Assembly (NCBI GenBank): GCA_017454915.1 | Contig: JAFTCC010000064.1 | Coordinates: forward strand, 91,322-155,321 | Origin: Paludibacteraceae bacterium | GTDB taxonomy: Bacteria > Bacteroidota > Bacteroidia > Bacteroidales > Paludibacteraceae | Reading direction: 5' to 3' | Length of the DNA: 64,000 bases | Shown: piece after piece, positions 58,791-64,000 of the stretch | Position numbering within the stretch: the first letter of the stretch is position 1 | Layout of the letters: each line of letters opens with the position of its first letter | Program-made: the position numbers and the translations under genes | Notes under the pieces: model-generated | What the model was told of the DNA's origin: nothing | The model's database searches: none | The model's input: the letters and a program-made list of their open reading frames with translations, nothing else

Positions 58791-61700
58791 ATGAATACCA
58801 CGCACAACCACTCATTTATCCGCCGCACACTTGCGGCAGTAGCGTTAATAATTTCGCTCACACTACCAGCGAGGGCCGAATACACTGCACTATTCGGTGC
58901 CACAGCACAAATAAGTTCCGCACCAACTTCACCTGTTGACGTTGACGGCACCGATGTTAGTTTTTCATCATCGGTCAGCTTCAGCAGTGGGGCATACCAG
59001 TTGGAGAGCACACCAGGTGCCACAAACCAATATTACTTTGAAGTAAACGCCGGTACAGCCAAAATCAGCAAAGTCACTTTCCTGCTGTCCGGCAATGGTA
59101 GCAACAAAACGCTTCAACCTGTTCTCTTGGGCTGGGAAACTTCTATTTCCGGAACAACAACGTCAGACTATGAGGTGTTGGCAACCGCACAGACCACTAC
59201 CGCCAATTCATACGCGGCGGCTAAATGGTTCGAGTTCGACGTGAGCAGTGAAGATTTGTCTATCGTAAGAATTTATCGCGGTATAAAGACTATAAATGGC
59301 AATAGCAGCACAAGGCCTTCATCGCCTCAGACAATCAAAATTTGGGGCGTAAAAGTTGAATTACAATCGTCTGGCAGTGGTGGCGGCGACATCGACTGCG
59401 GCGGCACTCCAACCCTCAGCCCGGCTTCATTAGGCGCCGTTACCGTTGACCAGTATTCAACCCCCTCGCCTCTCACATTTACCGCAACCCCGCAAAACGG
59501 AGGCACGCTGACCTACCAGTGGTATCAGTGGCTCGACAACGAAACCGAGGCCGACAAAATACCGGCTGAAGGCACGGGAGCCAACACCAACTCATTCACG
59601 CCCGACGTTACAACAGCCTCTGTCCGCCACTATATCTGCCTCGTTACCGAAGCAGGCTGCACAAATGGCGCCGCACGACTCGAGGTCGGAGCGTACACCG
59701 TAACGCCGGCGGCACTACCAGCGGCCACAAGTCCGCACTGCATTACGCTCAATTCGTCAACACCTGCAAGCGGCACTACAAGCCAAGGCATCACATTGTC
59801 GTACGTCGGCAACGGAAGCATTACAGACAACAACGGAATCAACTTTAGCTCCAACAACACGCACTATGTCAGCGTTGACATTGGCTCACTCGGACATATT
59901 ACACAAATTGTTGCTAACGTCAAAGCCGGCAGCACCAGCACAACCAAGGGCATAAGATACGTATTCGATGAGCCATCAACCGTGTCTGGCGGTACAACCG
60001 TCGCAAGCGTCAACACCGCATTCCACGATGAAACCATTACCGCGCCGGACAACACACGGACAAAGTTCACCATGACGCGATGGGGTACATCGCTCTACGT
60101 GAAGAGCATCTGCGTGTACTTTGAGGCAAACACTTACTATTCTGTCACCTACAACGCCAACGCCGCAACTTCTGGCACCGCGCCTACCGACGCTAACAGC
60201 CCTTACAGCTCTGGGACTACAGTTACCGTGCTCGGCAATACGGGCAACCTTGCCAAGACGGGCAAGAACTTTGCCGGATGGAACACCGCCGCTGACGGCA
60301 GCGGAACAACATACGCGGCTGGAGCGACATTCACCATCTCGCAAGATGTCACACTCTACGCACTTTGGGAAGACCCATGCCTTGCGCCTACCATCAATAA
60401 CAGCATCGGAACATTCGAGTACGGCCAGAATGAGACATCTACGGCACTCACCGTTTCCGCCACAGCCAACAACAACGGAGGCGCGCTCAGCTACCACTGG
60501 TATCAGTACGAACAGGGCGAGACACCCGCACAGCGCATTGACGCCGTGGGAACAGGCGCCACCACCAACTCGTTCACGCCATCAACTGCCACACTCGGCA
60601 CAAGATACTTCATCTGCGAAGTTAGGGAAGCCGGGTGCTCCGAAGTCGCCTCAATAACGTCCGGAGCATTCACCGTACACAAAGTGCGGCACCAAGGATG
60701 GGTAATCTTTGACGGCACGTTCGACACCAGCTTGCTCACATCAATAACACACAATGCTGTAACAGTTGATTTCGCTTACACCAGCGCAAACATCGCCGAC
60801 TGCTCAACATACACCAACAACGCCGACGCGAATACCTACCTCAACAGTGCCAAGATAAGCATGGCTTCGAGTGGTGGCAACCTCATGTTCACCGTGCCCG
60901 AAGGATACATGGTAACCCAAATCGACTATGCGTTTGCCGTAGCAGGAGGCAACAGAAACATCGTCATAGCCAAGTCATTTGTCACAGCAGCCGATGATGA
61001 GGACGTCCTCTTCACAGGCCTCACCCCTGGCGGTTCAAAAACCGTCAAGGCGGGTTCGCTGACATCCCTTTCGCTCGAGGCAGGCAACTACTACGTGGAG
61101 TCAGTTGGAACCGGCGGCACATTCGAAATTCTGTACCTCGAACTCACACTTGCCCTCGACCCGTGCACGGCACCGACCATCAGCGCGGCTCAAGCAGCGG
61201 AAAACGCCGCAACATTCGCAAGCGGAACCGTCAACTATGCGGCTGACAAAACATTTACCGTGCTCGCCACGGCAGCCGACGCCTATCCGCTCAAATACGA
61301 ATGGTACCGCAACACCGTAAACAGCAAAACGGGCGCAACAAAAATCGCCACCACAACCACCAACACTTACACCATAACCAACATGGAGCCCACCGAGCAG
61401 ACCTACTACTTCTACTGCATCATTAAATCAAAGTCATGCGCAGTGGAAACTGACCTCGGCGGCGCATTGGTCTTCAATGGCGAACCCGACTGCGTGGCTC
61501 CAACCAGTGTCACCATCAGCGGTGACTATGCGTATCTCGCCGGGCAGACTGTCTCGCTCACAGCTACTGCCACAGGACACACCGGAATACTATCCTACCA
61601 ATGGCAGAAAGAAATCTCAACCGGAAACTGGCAGGACATAAGCGGGGCAACCAGCGCCACATACACCAAAGCATCTTGCGGATACGGCGACAGCGGACAG

Positions 61701-63176
61701 TACCGATGCGTGGTTACTGCAGGTAGCCAATGTCCCTACATATCATTCCCATACGGGGTACACGTGTTCTCGCTCAATGGAGGCTACGACGGAGAGGCTT
61801 GGGAAGCGCACGACCTCGTGTTCACATCGGGAACCACAGGACAAGCCACTATTCACCTTGAAGCAGGCAGACTGTTCAAATTCAAAATCACCAGTAACTA
61901 CGAAGGCTACTGGTACGGCAACGGACAAGCTGACTACAACGGTGACGGCACCGGAGAACACGCCGATGACGGATGGTACACACTGCAAAGCATCAGTGAC
62001 TGGAACTTCGACACCGCCGGTAAGAATTTCCGGGTATATACCGGACCGGAAGGCGACTATGTCTTCACCGTGGACGTTCAAAACGCGCTTACCGTGTCAC
62101 CAAGCGTACAAGTCAGCGTAACCTACCCGACTGTCACCCACCCGTCACCCGGATACGCGTATTTTGAGAAACCCGGCGAGTGGGACAGAGTTTACCTCTA
62201 CTGGTACTCCAACGACAACTGGAGGCTCTCTGACTGGTGGGGCTCACCCGAAATCACGAACACAGCCACCATCTGCGGAACAACATACTACTACACGCCG
62301 CTCGGAGCATCATTCGACTACCTGATTTTCAAAGATGCCGGCAGCAACCAGTGGACATACATCAGTTCCACAGGATATTCCGGAAAATATCTCGACAAAA
62401 CTGACTACGCCAACCCGGCGTGGACAGCATTCACCGACTACACTGTCACCTTCGCGGGCAACGGCAGCACTGCTGGCACTATGGCTGCTGTGGATGACAT
62501 ACCATGCGGCACCAGCGTTACCCTCCCAGCCAACGCCTTCACAAAAGAAGGCAATGCATTCAACGGATGGGTGGCTGACGTTGACGTAACTGTCAACAAC
62601 AGCACCATCACCGCCGGCGGCATCATACCCGATACCGCAACGCTGCAGAACGTAACATCGGACATCACGCTCACGGCACAATGGTGCCCCGTTGTTAACA
62701 TCCTCTCTGTCAACGCTGTCGGAGGCTCCAACAACAATATCACTGCCACCGGAACAATCGGCGGAACGGCGCAATGCTACTTGAGCAGCAGTAAAAAACT
62801 CGGCACCAGCGGACAATACTTCTTCGTCAAACTCGCCGGCGGAGAACTCATGCCGGGCGACATCATCAACCTCAACCTCATCACCGCTTCTGCAAACGGA
62901 AGCTACGTCGGCAAAGTGGCTCTCTTCACCGGCGACAAGGACAACCACACATACTACATTGACATGCCTGCCCCGAATGTGGGAGACAATTTCTTCACCC
63001 TGCCTGCCGATTTCCCGAGCGGAGTAAATGGCATAGGCCTCTACAGGTTGCGACTCACGACCATAACCCCTTCATCAACAGCATCACCATTTCGCGCACC
63101 AACTGCGCCGGACTCACCGCACCCACAGTGGCCGTCAGCGCCGACAACACCACCCCGTGCCCGGGAGCTAACATAA
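58791..63176 (+). CDS. giant surface protein with Listeria-Bacteroides (InlB B-type) repeats and Ig-like modules, 5' portion up to an apparent frameshift
   Basis: Signal peptide. YSVTYNANAATSGTAP...FAGWNTAADGSGTTYAAG...LYALW and YTVTFAGNG...FNGWV match the Listeria-Bacteroides repeat. A carbohydrate-binding-like module is present (YLYWYSNDNW...WWGSPE...LIFKDAGSNQ). The last 40 or so residues are P/S/T/A-rich and look out of frame. Confidence 0.75.
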   Translation: MNTTHNHSFIRRTLAAVALIISLTLPARAEYTALFGATAQISSAPTSPVDVDGTDVSFSSSVSFSSGAYQLESTPGATNQYYFEVNAGTAKISKVTFLLSGNGSNKTLQPVLLGWETSISGTTTSDYEVLATAQTTTANSYAAAKWFEFDVSSEDLSIVRIYRGIKTINGNSSTRPSSPQTIKIWGVKVELQSSGSGGGDIDCGGTPTLSPASLGAVTVDQYSTPSPLTFTATPQNGGTLTYQWYQWLDNETEADKIPAEGTGANTNSFTPDVTTASVRHYICLVTEAGCTNGAARLEVGAYTVTPAALPAATSPHCITLNSSTPASGTTSQGITLSYVGNGSITDNNGINFSSNNTHYVSVDIGSLGHITQIVANVKAGSTSTTKGIRYVFDEPSTVSGGTTVASVNTAFHDETITAPDNTRTKFTMTRWGTSLYVKSICVYFEANTYYSVTYNANAATSGTAPTDANSPYSSGTTVTVLGNTGNLAKTGKNFAGWNTAADGSGTTYAAGATFTISQDVTLYALWEDPCLAPTINNSIGTFEYGQNETSTALTVSATANNNGGALSYHWYQYEQGETPAQRIDAVGTGATTNSFTPSTATLGTRYFICEVREAGCSEVASITSGAFTVHKVRHQGWVIFDGTFDTSLLTSITHNAVTVDFAYTSANIADCSTYTNNADANTYLNSAKISMASSGGNLMFTVPEGYMVTQIDYAFAVAGGNRNIVIAKSFVTAADDEDVLFTGLTPGGSKTVKAGSLTSLSLEAGNYYVESVGTGGTFEILYLELTLALDPCTAPTISAAQAAENAATFASGTVNYAADKTFTVLATAADAYPLKYEWYRNTVNSKTGATKIATTTTNTYTITNMEPTEQTYYFYCIIKSKSCAVETDLGGALVFNGEPDCVAPTSVTISGDYAYLAGQTVSLTATATGHTGILSYQWQKEISTGNWQDISGATSATYTKASCGYGDSGQYRCVVTAGSQCPYISFPYGVHVFSLNGGYDGEAWEAHDLVFTSGTTGQATIHLEAGRLFKFKITSNYEGYWYGNGQADYNGDGTGEHADDGWYTLQSISDWNFDTAGKNFRVYTGPEGDYVFTVDVQNALTVSPSVQVSVTYPTVTHPSPGYAYFEKPGEWDRVYLYWYSNDNWRLSDWWGSPEITNTATICGTTYYYTPLGASFDYLIFKDAGSNQWTYISSTGYSGKYLDKTDYANPAWTAFTDYTVTFAGNGSTAGTMAAVDDIPCGTSVTLPANAFTKEGNAFNGWVADVDVTVNNSTITAGGIIPDTATLQNVTSDITLTAQWCPVVNILSVNAVGGSNNNITATGTIGGTAQCYLSSSKKLGTSGQYFFVKLAGGELMPGDIINLNLITASANGSYVGKVALFTGDKDNHTYYIDMPAPNVGDNFFTLPADFPSGVNGIGLYRLRLTTITPSSTASPFRAPTAPDSPHPQWPSAPTTPPRARELT

Positions 63177-64000
63177 CGCTCACCGCGACAACAACCCCTG
63201 CCAACGCACCGGTCGTTGACTACAAGTGGTTCAAGGCGGACGGTACTGCACTTGAGGGCAACACCGCCAGCATCACGGTTGCGCCAACTGAAACGACAGA
63301 ATACTACTGCGTAGCATACACCTTGCTCTTCAAGGCACAAAGCGCCAACGTAACCATAACGCCCAAGTCGGTGAGCATCAGCGGAGCCGATGACGTCGAA
63401 TGCACCAAGACCATCACGCTGACAGGCTCCGGAAACGGAACATGGGCTATAACAGCCGGAAGCTCATTCGCCACACTATCTGCAAACAGCGGAACAGAAG
63501 TAGGACTCACAGGTGTTGCCGAAGGCATCGTAACAGTTTCGTTCACGTATGACGGATGTTCGGTTAGCAAGACCATCACCGTCGGACCTAAACTCAACGA
63601 CGAGTGCATGACATTTGACGCCCACACCCTCAACTACCAGCACTCGGAAGGCATCACCACACTTTACTACATCAACTCAAGTGGCGTAATAAGCCAGTCA
63701 CAAGTATTCCAGGACGGCCAGTCAATCGATGCGGTAGGAACCAAAGGCACGACTTTGAGCCAAAAACGTTTCGACCTCGTGTTCGACCGTCCGGTCAAGA
63801 CCATCATCCTCTACGGATATGGCTCCGACGAGCGCACTGTGGCTAAAGTGGCAGTGTCACCCAGCGCAACCAAAAACAGTTACACCAACTTGCCATACAG
63901 CACTGCGGGAAGCACATACGAAGCTAAACAGCAAACCGTGGTGCTCACTGCCGACAGCTACTTCCCGTCCGACAAATTCATCTGGATTGAGTTCAGCAAC
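63062..64000 (+). CDS. continuation of the giant surface protein in the -1 frame (partial, runs off right edge)
   Basis: The frame stays open to the window end: HNPFINSITISRTNCAGLTAPTVAVSADNTTPCPGANITLTATT...VSISGADDVECTKTITLTGSGNGTWAITAG... (Ig/Big_2-like). It is not in the ORF track because it has no stop and no Met. Confidence 0.65.

Overview
This is a chromosomal window from a Bacteroidota (Bacteroidales-like) genome. The assignment rests on recurrent TAnnTTTG -7 promoter boxes, T9SS C-terminal sorting domains, a PorX-type regulator and the overall gene content.

**Layout**
- 0.2-17.2 kb: a surface-glycan locus.
- 17.2-27.7 kb: housekeeping genes (CDF transporter, 2-hydroxyacid dehydrogenase, metG, CotH, SIMPL, manC, mutL, rfbD).
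- 27.7-37.7 kb: small lipoproteins, a GtrA/GT39/SDR operon, mdh, yidD and a DUF3078 outer-membrane protein.
- 37.8-64 kb: a T9SS-themed region. It holds a 2565-aa adhesin with a T9SS CTD, a DUF853 ATPase, a TPR/PD40 protein, an AsmA/TamB-like protein, an LTD protein, a beta-barrel OMP, PorX, and a second giant surface protein that is frameshifted and runs off the right edge.

**Main finding**
- At 9.36-10.30 kb, a 201-aa serine invertase and an outward-facing TAACTTTG promoter box sit between perfect 26-bp inverted repeats. I read this as a Hin-like DNA switch.
- It lies exactly between two divergent, functionally mirrored nonulosonic-acid (sialic-acid-like) operons. Each operon starts 32 nt outside its repeat copy and opens with a paralogous sialyltransferase-like gene.
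- Inversion is predicted to toggle expression between a KDN/9-phosphate-type cassette (left, AT-rich) and a NeuAc/legionaminic-type cassette (right).
- A second inverted repeat of 81 bp (5 mismatches) lies inside the two sialyltransferase-like paralogs.

**Other observations**
- A 195-bp MITE-like insertion with a TTAAA target duplication splits a small ORF.
- Four arrays of 9-bp ACTAGnnAA repeats lie just upstream of start codons.
- A modular REP-like repeat family occurs at three loci.
- Two promoter boxes abut start codons, suggesting leaderless mRNAs.
- A Wzt-like ABC ATPase has no adjacent permease.

No rRNA, tRNA or CRISPR array was recognised. All function calls come from motif recognition by eye, not from database searches.
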